From positions 1 through 40,360 of the IMG/VR virus record IMGVR_UViG_3300032954_000041: a stretch of DNA of 40,360 bases; one strand, 5' to 3'. The stretch's first letter is position 1. Every line of letters begins with the position of its first letter. Position numbers and translations under genes: made by a program. The notes beneath the pieces were generated by a model. It was not told where the DNA came from, did not search any database, and saw only the letters and a list, made by a program, of their open reading frames with translations. Positions 17,184 to 24,136 of this stretch are shown here, piece by piece. This DNA is from a virus. Lineage: Duplodnaviria; Caudoviricetes.

Positions 17184-17221
17184 CGGACTATGGCCCGGAC
17201 GACACATCGGAGTGTTGCGAG

Positions 17222-17668
17222 TTACGAGGATGAGTTGACGAAGGCGACCGTGACGGCGACGGGCCTGCCATCGGGATCGCTGACCTTGAGGTTCGTAGAC
17301 TCACCGTACTTCTTGGGCTTGAGCTTCGACGCGATCCACTTGCGCGCATCGACTCTCAGCTTCGAGCGCTGGATGTGATCGCCGTTGGCAACCCACCCCG
17401 CATCGTCGTCTCCGTGACGCTCCATCCAGTCGTTGCGCGCGTCGTCTGAAATCTCAATGATTTCATCGGCTAACGTGTCAGCCTGGTCCTCTTTCGCGCG
17501 CGCGTATTGTTCGCGGAAAATTTCGTGCGCAAACAGCCACCTGTACACGGTGCTGATGTGTGGCATCCCGTCATCGCGACAAATCGAGCGCAGTGACTCG
17601 CCCTCGATCAACCGGGTGCATATGGTGGCAGCGGTCTCTTCCGTGTAATCGCTTGGTCTGCCAGTCAT
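17222..17668 (-). CDS. terS: Terminase small subunit (Sf6/P22-group-like)
   Basis: 'GRPSDYTEE...ICTRLIEGESLRSIC...MP..STVYRWL...FREQYARA', 'RSKLRVDARKWIASKLKPKKYG'. Confidence 0.92.
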   Translation of the reverse strand: MTGRPSDYTEETAATICTRLIEGESLRSICRDDGMPHISTVYRWLFAHEIFREQYARAKEDQADTLADEIIEISDDARNDWMERHGDDDAGWVANGDHIQRSKLRVDARKWIASKLKPKKYGESTNLKVSDPDGRPVAVTVAFVNSSS

Positions 17669-17679
17669 TTGTGCGCAAT

Positions 17680-17913
17680 CTAGTCCGCGCGGGTCTCGAT
17701 TGATGTGCTGCGTGTAACTTTTGAATTCAGGTTGCGCACTAGCCCTAAGCGTTCGCGGGCACGCCTGAGGATGGTCATGCGTGAGCAGCGGAAGTGGACG
17801 GAGAGGCGTTTGAGCGACAGGCCGTCTAGGACGCCGATCAGCCGTTCGCGTTCGGCGAGCAGCTTGTCGAGTTGGCGGATTTCGGTCGGGCTCAGGCTTT
17901 TGTGGCGTGCCAT
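17680..17913 (-). CDS. HTH-like protein, candidate late-gene regulator
   Basis: 'GLSLKRLSVHFRCSRMTILR' is an HTH pattern. Directly upstream of terS. Confidence 0.5.
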   Translation of the reverse strand: MARHKSLSPTEIRQLDKLLAERERLIGVLDGLSLKRLSVHFRCSRMTILRRARERLGLVRNLNSKVTRSTSIETRAD

Positions 17914-17923
17914 ATCTTTTCAG

Positions 17924-18103
17924 TCACTCATGAACGTGCGGGATGGGGTATTTGAGCACCACCGTCTGCCGGTCGTGATGGCGCGCGAGGATGCAGCCGC
18001 CGACGATGACGCCCGCGGCGGCTACCGCGCAGGCGGTCGGGTTCTCGCGGCAGGTCGCACAACCGGCGAGGCTCAAGGACAGGATCAGAATCAAGGTTTT
18101 CAC
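17924..18103 (-). CDS. Small lipoprotein
   Basis: GTG start with an AGGA RBS. MKTLILILSLSLAG/C lipobox, followed by a second hydrophobic segment. Confidence 0.6.
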   Translation of the reverse strand: MKTLILILSLSLAGCATCRENPTACAVAAAGVIVGGCILARHHDRQTVVLKYPIPHVHE

Positions 18104-18188
18104 GGTTTTGTCCTGAATATCACCCACAGGAAAGCTGCTGCCCACGCCAGCACGAGCGCGTCCATGGCGTACATCAACCACGTCGGGA

Positions 18189-18401
18189 TCATCGACGTAC
18201 TCTCAATTCGCGCTTGCGGGCGTTGTTTCCGACGTTGTAAGTCGTGCCTGGACGCTTAGCGACAGTCTTAACGCTGAGAAGCGTCGTGCCATCCTTCGCG
18301 AACTGAGGAACCTGGACAAGTTCGGCCGACAGATGCACGAGCCGCTCACGCGAGCTCTTGAACTGCCGCAGGCTGTTTCGGTTGATGCGCTGGTACTTCA
18401 T
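18189..18401 (-). CDS. Basic hypothetical protein
   Basis: ATGA-coupled start, MKYQRINRN. Confidence 0.55.
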   Translation of the reverse strand: MKYQRINRNSLRQFKSSRERLVHLSAELVQVPQFAKDGTTLLSVKTVAKRPGTTYNVGNNARKRELRVRR

Positions 18402-18574
18402 CGTATCGCCCCTATGGCCCTGAGAGCGTCGCCGCAGCGCACGCAGACGCGCGGCAGCTTGCGGTGACGGCGCATGTAGTCGTTGTGGCACGTCTTGCAG
18501 TACGCGGCTGGCCGAGTGTGCGCACCGTCCTGAAACCGCGAATGGCTCGCGCCGCACTTGGTGCAAGGTCTCAT
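18398..18574 (-). CDS. Small zinc-finger protein
   Basis: Three CxxC pairs (CTKC, CKTC, CVRC). ATGA coupling. Confidence 0.6.
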   Translation of the reverse strand: MRPCTKCGASHSRFQDGAHTRPAAYCKTCHNDYMRRHRKLPRVCVRCGDALRAIGAIR

Positions 18575-18801
18575 TTCCGCCTCGCCTTCATCTCGGCCAG
18601 CAAGTCCAGCATCCATGGCTCCCTATAAAGGGGATTCGCGCGCATCCACTCCCCCCACGCCTTCAAATACGCCGCCTGACGCGAGGGCGGAACGACACGC
18701 GGATCCTTGATGTGGCCGTCGTCCAAAGGCATCGTGCGGCGCGCCTCCAGCACCGCCTCCGGTAACGGCCGGATCTGACTGCGGAACATCTCGGCTTTCA
18801 C
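18571..18801 (-). CDS. Hypothetical protein
   Basis: GTGA-coupled start, and coupled at its end. Confidence 0.55.
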   Translation of the reverse strand: MKAEMFRSQIRPLPEAVLEARRTMPLDDGHIKDPRVVPPSRQAAYLKAWGEWMRANPLYREPWMLDLLAEMKARRK

Positions 18802-19037
18802 CGTTTGGCGTCCACGGCCTGAGTGTGACCAACCGTGACTTCCCACTCGCGCGACTTCCGAATGTCCACGCCGAAGATATGCTCCATGATTCGCGCGGCA
18901 GCTTCATTCGACTGCCGGTGGGGCACGCCTTGATCGAAGATAGGCATCGCGATGTTGCAGTGCCAACTCCACGCATAGGACAGGTCGGCTTGCATCGCCG
19001 CCTTGAGCGTATCGAAGGCTTCGGTAACGATGGTCAT
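18798..19037 (-). CDS. Conserved phage hypothetical protein
   Basis: 'AMQADLSYAWSWHCNIAM..D.G....NEAAARIM..IFGVD' type sequence. GGAGG RBS. Confidence 0.7.
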   Translation of the reverse strand: MTIVTEAFDTLKAAMQADLSYAWSWHCNIAMPIFDQGVPHRQSNEAAARIMEHIFGVDIRKSREWEVTVGHTQAVDAKR

Positions 19038-19204
19038 TTCCCCTCCAATGCATCGACGACACGCCTAACTTCGGGTGCCGGCTCTGGCGCGTCTGTCTGT
19101 CGCCGATGTGCCTCGCAGGCCCAGATGCCGGGAACGCCCTTGGCGTTAATGCGATAGATCGTGACGCCTTGCGCCGGGCCTTTGTGACATATGCAGCAGT
19201 TCAC
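19034..19204 (-). CDS. Small Cys/His protein (56 aa, not in the ORF track)
   Basis: GTG start with a GGAG RBS. Reads MNCCICHKGPAQGVTIYRINAKGVPGIWACEAH. ATGA coupling at its end. Confidence 0.6.
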   Translation of the reverse strand: MNCCICHKGPAQGVTIYRINAKGVPGIWACEAHRRQTDAPEPAPEVRRVVDALEGK

Positions 19205-19284
19205 TTAGGCGGACTCCAAGTTACGTTCCCAGAAAGCACTTCTGGCTTTGCCAGACCGGATCTGCCGTCAGACATGGCTAGTGA

Positions 19285-19797
19285 TCATCGTTGAATCGTT
19301 CCCTCGCTCGTGCTTCGCCAGTCAGTCTCATCCAGATGCAACTTGCCGAGATTGCATGCTTCGCAAAGCACCTGCAGATTGGACAACTCTAGCGCCAACT
19401 CCGGGTATTTGGCCCGAGGCTTGATGTGATCGACGTGGATAACAACGCCGTCCTTTCGGCTAGCGCCACAGCATTGACAAGCGGCCCCGTGGATCTTTAG
19501 CGCCTGGTAACGCAGCTCCATCCACGCCTGAGAGGTATAGAACGCCTCTTTGGCTGCCTTTCTCTGGGATCGCTTTGTCGGCGGCTTCGCAGGCAGTACG
19601 TCACAAGCGGCCTTATTCTCGATCCAGAAGTCGTACATCATCTGCTTGCGGCCTTTCTTGCCGGTCACCTTCTTGCCGGTTCGATTGGCTATCCATTCGC
19701 AGACTTCTCGGTCTTTCGGAAACGTGTCGTCAGCGCGTTTCAGGTTGAACTTCCGACAGATCCAGAACTTAGCATTTGGAACCCAAGCAGCCTTCAT
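19285..19797 (-). CDS. HNH endonuclease (zinc-binding type)
   Basis: 'FYTSQAWMELRY', 'CQCCG', 'HVDHIKP...PELAL..NLQVLCEACNLGK'. Confidence 0.9.
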   Translation of the reverse strand: MKAAWVPNAKFWICRKFNLKRADDTFPKDREVCEWIANRTGKKVTGKKGRKQMMYDFWIENKAACDVLPAKPPTKRSQRKAAKEAFYTSQAWMELRYQALKIHGAACQCCGASRKDGVVIHVDHIKPRAKYPELALELSNLQVLCEACNLGKLHLDETDWRSTSEGTIQR

Positions 19798-19800
19798 CTT

Positions 19801-20118
19801 CTAGCCTCTTAGCATCTCGGGTGGTGAGGAAAGGACCCCCCTAACCCCCAGCGCTAAGCCGGAGCTTTGGGAGGCCCCATCTCGGTATGGAGCCGGTTTT
19901 ATTACTGCCGGGTTCTGTGAGGCTGCCCCGACACCTGCCCAGACGGGTTTGCACCGCCCACAGCCCGCCAGATATTTCCGTCCGTAGCGAGGGACTCGCA
20001 CGGGGGTTGCTTGGCTAGGGGATTTAGGCGAATATCCGCTCTGAGGCGTCGCCTTGAATCCCGGTGTCATTCCCACCGTGATTTCAACGCCCCGGGAATA
20101 ACCCCCCGGGGCGTTTTC
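19801..20118 (-). ncRNA. Putative structured non-coding RNA / replication origin region
   Basis: Several hairpins (20086-20115, 20026-20054, 19982-20003, about 19873-19894), a G5-TTA-G6 tract on the minus strand (19836-19849) and an upstream sigma70-like promoter. No credible protein. Confidence 0.5.
20007..20035 (+). promoter_or_regulatory. Candidate promoter for a short antisense RNA
   Basis: TTGCTT-N17-GAATAT, about 75 nt upstream of a plus-strand terminator. Confidence 0.3.
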
Positions 20119-20122
20119 ATTT
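20086..20122 (+). terminator. Rho-independent terminator on the plus strand
   Basis: Perfect 11-bp stem AACGCCCCGGG/CCCGGGGCGTT running into TTTTCATTT. Confidence 0.65.
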
Positions 20123-20148
20123 GTACCGCAGCGAAAGGCCGACTGCAA
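20120..20148 (-). promoter_or_regulatory. Candidate sigma70 promoter for the structured RNA
   Basis: TTGCAG-N17-TACAAA. Predicted start near 20113. Confidence 0.45.
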
Positions 20149-20179
20149 CATTCGGTCAGCCCCTATTGCCGTGCATAAA

Positions 20180-20208
20180 TTGCACCTTTATGCGCATAAC
20201 TGTATGCT
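20180..20208 (+). promoter_or_regulatory. Sigma70-like promoter antisense to the left arm
   Basis: TTGCAC-N17-TATGCT in an AT-rich patch. Overlapped by the inverted repeat GCATAAA-N7-TTTATGC. Confidence 0.55.
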
Positions 20209-20288
20209 GCACCGCACACGCAGGGAGCCGCCGTGCCGCAAACCCTGCCCGGAGGGCGCCTCAGTTACCGGCCTGAAGGCGCCCTCAG

Positions 20289-20576
20289 TCATTTCGCCAC
20301 CCGGTACGTCCACGCATAGCGCCCCGAGCGCGTGCGCTCCCTGTCGCACTGCACAATCAGGCCCTTCTGCCGCAGTGCGGTAAAACGTGGCGAAATCGTC
20401 TGGTGGCTGAGCTCCAGCGCAGCCTCGACCGCGTCGCAGGTACGGGGGCCGAAGATCGCGAGATGCTCGAGCACGAGGCGCTCCAGACGCTCGACGTGCG
20501 GCGCGATGCTGAGCGCGGCCTGGTGCGAGGTGTCGCCCTTCAGGAGCGCACCACCATAGTTATACGGATCATGCAT
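20289..20576 (-). CDS. Winged-helix DNA-binding protein
   Basis: 'DTSHQAA...VLEHL...GPRTCDAVEAALELSHQTISPRFTALRQKGLI...RTRSGR.A..Y'. AAGGA RBS. Confidence 0.8.
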   Translation of the reverse strand: MHDPYNYGGALLKGDTSHQAALSIAPHVERLERLVLEHLAIFGPRTCDAVEAALELSHQTISPRFTALRQKGLIVQCDRERTRSGRYAWTYRVAK

Positions 20577-21159
20577 ATCGGGTTCCTTCGCGACTAACGT
20601 GCATCCATGCTTTGCCACTACGAATGTTATTGACGGTGCTATGTGACAGACCAAGCGCTCTCGCTGTCGCACGATTCCCAAGGTCAGCCTCTAGAACCCA
20701 GCGAACGAGTTGATCGTTTAATTTGCGACAGCCACTATCCATACCGCGGACACGATCTCGCCCCTTACGGCGCATATCGTCAAAATTCTCAAGGCCGGAA
20801 CCGATGAAAATGTGCGCTGGATTCACGCAGCGCCGCACATCGCATTTATGGCAGGCGAACAAACCGTCAGGAATCTTGCCGCGGAATCTCTCATAGGAGA
20901 ATCGGTGGGCAAGAATTATTCGATGCTTCTTACCAAAAGCGCCATATCCGGCCTTATTAATATGCCCAGTCCATAGCCAACATCCTGATGCGTCTTCGAT
21001 ATAGTGATTATCAAACCACTGTTCAGGCAGCGTGTCATAGGACATTTTATCTTTGCCGCCAGTAGGCGCGCCGTAGCGATATTGCCGCAGATAATGCCTA
21101 TTGCAATATCCGAGCTTGAACGGTCCCGCGCCAGAACAGCCATCAATCTTACAGATCAT
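20569..21159 (-). CDS. HNH homing endonuclease (HNH_3-like)
   Basis: 'GCWLWTG...GYG...AHRFSYE...CHKCDVRRCVNPAH' with a C-terminal HTH. ATGA-coupled to the regulator. Visibly more AT-rich than its flanks. Confidence 0.9.
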   Translation of the reverse strand: MICKIDGCSGAGPFKLGYCNRHYLRQYRYGAPTGGKDKMSYDTLPEQWFDNHYIEDASGCWLWTGHINKAGYGAFGKKHRIILAHRFSYERFRGKIPDGLFACHKCDVRRCVNPAHIFIGSGLENFDDMRRKGRDRVRGMDSGCRKLNDQLVRWVLEADLGNRATARALGLSHSTVNNIRSGKAWMHVSREGTRYA

Positions 21160-21338
21160 TTGGCTAGCTGATCCAGTGTGAGCCCCGTTACCTTGCGAAT
21201 GCGCGCCAATGTCGCAACCGTGGGCGTCTTGACGCCATTGACCCAACGGCTGACCTGATGGCGGTCGCTTCCCATGCGCCGGGCCAGCTCGCCCTGCGAC
21301 ATCCCCTGAGACTTCAGCCATGCGCGTAGTTCTTTCAT
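21156..21338 (-). CDS. XRE/Cro-like HTH transcriptional regulator (60 aa), probably leaderless
   Basis: 'LRAWLKSQGMSQGELARRMGSDRHQVSRWVNGVKTP'. First gene of the leftward arm. Confidence 0.88.
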   Translation of the reverse strand: MKELRAWLKSQGMSQGELARRMGSDRHQVSRWVNGVKTPTVATLARIRKVTGLTLDQLAK

Positions 21339-21344
21339 ACGGAA

Positions 21345-21373
21345 TCTATAGCACAACGGGACCGTTCGCGCAA
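21345..21373 (-). promoter_or_regulatory. Leftward promoter
   Basis: TTGCGC-N17-TATAGA with a TGn extension. The -10 element ends 6 nt before the ATG at 21338, and there is no SD. Confidence 0.6.
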
Positions 21374-21384
21374 CGCTTGCGTTC
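21354..21384. promoter_or_regulatory. Two palindromic operator candidates, CAACG-N4-CGTTC
   Basis: CAACGGGACCGTTC (21354-21367) and CAACGCTTGCGTTC (21371-21384) lie in the divergent intergenic region. Confidence 0.6.
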
Positions 21385-21431
21385 CGGGGCAACATGTGGT
21401 TAGCTATGCCCACGTTCAAGGAGGCCCGCAA

Positions 21432-21719
21432 ATGGCAAAGACGACGAAAGAGCGCGCAGTCATGGTCACGACCGTACATCGCGGCGTGTTCTTCGGCTAC
21501 GCCAAGGACACCGACGGCGACACGATCAAGCTGCGCCGCGCGCGCTGCTGCATCTACTGGACCGCAGAGAACAAGGGCTTTCTCGGCCTTGCCTCGCATG
21601 GCCCCACGAAGGGCGCGCGCGTGGGGCCTGCCGTTGATCTCGAACTGCGCGACATCACGAGCGTATCCGAATGCACGCCGGATGCGATCAGGGCCTGGGA
21701 GGCATCGCCGTGGGGCTGA
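21432..21719 (+). CDS. Conserved phage protein (DUF6948-like from memory)
   Basis: 'VMVTTVHRGVFFG...IKLRRAR...YW....LGLASHG'. AAGGAGG RBS. This type usually precedes a G-Y/G-D repeat protein. Confidence 0.75.
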   Translation: MAKTTKERAVMVTTVHRGVFFGYAKDTDGDTIKLRRARCCIYWTAENKGFLGLASHGPTKGARVGPAVDLELRDITSVSECTPDAIRAWEASPWG

Positions 21720-22264
21720 AGCGGCTGACTGAAGCGGAGCTTGTGAAAACGTTCGGCTCCGGCTCCGGCTCCGGCTCCGGCTACGGCTACGGCTACGGCG
21801 ACGGCTACGGCTACGGCGACGGCAACGGCTACGGCTACGGCTACGGCAACGGCGACGGCTACGGCTACGGCTACGGCTACGGCTACGGCAACGGCGACGG
21901 CTACGGCTACGGCTACGGCAACGGCGACGGCTACGGCTACGGCAACGGCTATTGGAAAACCATTCTTGATTCTTTCAAGAAGAAGTTGTCAGCCGTCACG
22001 GCACCCATCGCCTTCTGGTGGTCCGACGACAAAGGACTGCCATGCAACGGTGGCAAGAAGATCATGCCCGCAGCCGTAGGTATCGTGCACAAGGTCCACG
22101 GCCCGTTGTCGCTCTGCAATGCCGGCACGCTGCATGCCACGCGCGATCCTGGAAAGTGGAAAGGCGAGCGGCTGTGGATCGTCGCGCTGCACGGCGAGGT
22201 GATCGGCAATGACGAGAAACTCGGCTGCCTCAAGCGGGAGATCCTCGCGGAGGTCACGTCATGA
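21710..22264 (+). CDS. Gly-Tyr/Gly-Asp/Gly-Asn dipeptide repeat protein with a globular C-terminal domain
   Basis: GTG start with a GGGAGG RBS. (GX)n tract followed by 'LCNAGTLHA...KLGCLKREILAEV'. Confidence 0.75.
   Translation: MGLKRLTEAELVKTFGSGSGSGSGYGYGYGDGYGYGDGNGYGYGYGNGDGYGYGYGYGYGNGDGYGYGYGNGDGYGYGNGYWKTILDSFKKKLSAVTAPIAFWWSDDKGLPCNGGKKIMPAAVGIVHKVHGPLSLCNAGTLHATRDPGKWKGERLWIVALHGEVIGNDEKLGCLKREILAEVTS
21755..21952 (+). repeat. Coding hexanucleotide tandem repeat (GGCTAC/GGCTCC/GGCGAC/GGCAAC)
   Basis: Directly visible array of about 33 units. Confidence 0.95.
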
Positions 22265-22455
22265 CGCCATGGAAGCTCCCCCGCTCCGAGCACCGCTCGG
22301 TGGCCTTTGATCCCTGCGTCCCGCTGGGCTTCCCCCAGCGCGCATCTGACGCCGACATCGAGGCGCTGTGGCGGCAAAGAGTGCGAAAAAATGAACTCCG
22401 CCGTTTTGACGCTCAATGCGACCGGATAGTTTGGTTGCGCAAACAAGCGGACTGA
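22261..22455 (+). CDS. Hypothetical protein
   Basis: ATGA coupling and a GGAGG RBS. Confidence 0.55.
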   Translation: MTPWKLPRSEHRSVAFDPCVPLGFPQRASDADIEALWRQRVRKNELRRFDAQCDRIVWLRKQAD

Positions 22456-22457
22456 TC

Positions 22458-22646
22458 ATGCGCGAATATCCGCACTGGACCTCCGACTCCGCGCGCATGG
22501 CCTACGCCGAGGAGGCGCTCGCGAAGCTGCGCGACGCGTGCGGGCGATACAAGGAAGCGCTCGCGAAGGGCGACAAGGCCGCGCAGACGCGCGAGATCGC
22601 GCAGATTGACTGGTACTTCGAGTGCCTTCGGAGCTGGGCAAAATGA
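22458..22646 (+). CDS. Hypothetical protein
   Basis: Packed ORF, MREYPHW... Confidence 0.55.
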   Translation: MREYPHWTSDSARMAYAEEALAKLRDACGRYKEALAKGDKAAQTREIAQIDWYFECLRSWAK

Positions 22647-22816
22647 TGCGCCTGCTGCTTCTGGCTGTTTTCGTGCTGGCCGCCTGCAGTCATCCTACTG
22701 ACGAGCAGGTCGTAGAGATGGAGAAGCGCTGCACTGACGCGGGCCTGATCGCACACTATGACCAGCTCGACGGAACAGTCGGGTGCTCCGTACCAAAGCC
22801 AAAGGTCCAGCCATGA
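22643..22816 (+). CDS. Small lipoprotein
   Basis: MMRLLLLAVFVLAA/C lipobox. ATGA coupling. Confidence 0.65.
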   Translation: MMRLLLLAVFVLAACSHPTDEQVVEMEKRCTDAGLIAHYDQLDGTVGCSVPKPKVQP

Positions 22817-23154
22817 CCTCCCACCTCGAATCCGCTACGCGCCAGTACCTCGTGCAGGAGATCGAGAGGCTGAGGGCGCGGGTGAGGGAACTAGAGTCCC
22901 GCCGAGGGCTGGATGTGCGCGATTTCGGTGCCGTACCAGAGGAGGCGACGTTCTACCCTGAACCGATATGGCCGCTGTATCTAACCAAAGAGCAGATCGC
23001 CAACGGCGTTTGGGTGCGAATCGAATCCGGCCACATCAAGGACTACAGGATTAGCCCGTTCAGCCACGAATGGGAGAATCGGTACACAGCAGATGCCGTA
23101 CAAACCCTCAAGGCCGCTTGCTTGCCGCCGATCTATGCAAAGGGGATGCCATGA
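22813..23154 (+). CDS. Hypothetical protein (N-term MTSHLESATRQYLVQE)
   Basis: ATGA coupling. Shares its 5' end with the next gene. Confidence 0.65.
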   Translation: MTSHLESATRQYLVQEIERLRARVRELESRRGLDVRDFGAVPEEATFYPEPIWPLYLTKEQIANGVWVRIESGHIKDYRISPFSHEWENRYTADAVQTLKAACLPPIYAKGMP

Positions 23155-23198
23155 CCGACCACCTCGAATCCGCTACGCGCCAGTACCTCGTGCAGGAG
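22821..23198 (+). repeat. 40-bp perfect direct repeat (22821-22860 and 23159-23198)
   Basis: CCACCTCGAATCCGCTACGCGCCAGTACCTCGTGCAGGAG occurs twice. Confidence 0.95.
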
Positions 23199-23330
23199 CT
23201 GCTGCGCTGCCGCAAGGCGCTCGACATCATCAGCGAGTGCACGTTCGCCGGGACAAGTGAGGCTGCGTTCATCGCGCTCAGGAACATCGGCGGCATCGCT
23301 GAGCGCGCCCTGCGCGGGGAAGCGCCGTGA
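23151..23330 (+). CDS. Hypothetical protein (N-term MTDHLESATRQYLVQE)
   Basis: ATGA coupling. Confidence 0.65.
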   Translation: MTDHLESATRQYLVQELLRCRKALDIISECTFAGTSEAAFIALRNIGGIAERALRGEAP

Positions 23331-23785
23331 CATATCGCAAGGTGCCCGCCAATACCAGATTTGATGGGAGTTATTCGATAGATGAATCTGGCTGTTGGAC
23401 CTGGAAGCGGAGCAGAAACAATAAGAGAGGCGGATACGGGTCATTTTGGGATGGATACAGAAACTGCCGCGCGCACCGATTTGCTTATGAGAGATTCATA
23501 GGTCCAATACCGAAAGGGCTTTTTGTCCTTCACAGATGCGACGTTCCATCATGCGTCAATCCGGCGCATCTTTTCTTGGGGACCAACCAAGACAATGTTT
23601 CCGACATGGTGGCAAAGAAACGGCATCAGATCGGAGTAAATCATTGGGCGTCCAAATTAACCGCAGAGCAAATCCAAGACATCAGAATTTCGAAACTTAG
23701 CTGTCGTGCATTGGCTAGAAGACACGGAGTTTGTTATCAGCAGATACGTCGCGTGATTCTTCGGCAAAACCATAAGGACAGCTGA
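23327..23785 (+). CDS. HNH homing endonuclease (HNH_3-like)
   Basis: 'GCWTW...GYG...RAHRFAYE...VLHRCDVPSCVNPAHLFLGTNQDN..DM..K.R'. AT-rich. Confidence 0.9.
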   Translation: MTYRKVPANTRFDGSYSIDESGCWTWKRSRNNKRGGYGSFWDGYRNCRAHRFAYERFIGPIPKGLFVLHRCDVPSCVNPAHLFLGTNQDNVSDMVAKKRHQIGVNHWASKLTAEQIQDIRISKLSCRALARRHGVCYQQIRRVILRQNHKDS

Positions 23786-23786
23786 G

Positions 23787-24086
23787 ATGGATCAGATAGC
23801 TCTTGAGCGAGCGATTAGCGAGCGCGACAGGCTGGAGCGCCACAGGGCGCAGGAGGCTGAGATGTCGATGATGCGCTGCAGCGAATGCGACCGCGTGTGC
23901 GATACCGACGACGGCACTGGCGAGTGGCTCGGCGACGACTACATCTGCGAAGGCTGCGTCGAGGATCTGAGCGTCGAATGCGCGACGTGCGGCGACTACT
24001 TCCTGCCGCGCGATGGCGAAACTACCTGCGAGGGGTGCCGGAATGAGCAAGATGGCGGAGAGGTGGGCGGACCTGCCGCCGGATGA
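23787..24086 (+). CDS. Multi-CxxC zinc-finger protein
   Basis: CSEC, CEGC, CATC and CEGC. An alternative start at 23862 has an AGGAGG RBS. Confidence 0.65.
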   Translation: MDQIALERAISERDRLERHRAQEAEMSMMRCSECDRVCDTDDGTGEWLGDDYICEGCVEDLSVECATCGDYFLPRDGETTCEGCRNEQDGGEVGGPAAG

Positions 24087-24136
24087 CAGCTGGTACAGCG
24101 AATTCTGCGAGTGGGCTGACGCCCAGAGGAAAGAAC

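Noticed and set aside
19801-20151. 116-aa ORF as a replication protein
   Set aside because: No RBS or recognisable motif, and it runs through dense hairpins and promoter-like elements. Not fully excluded.
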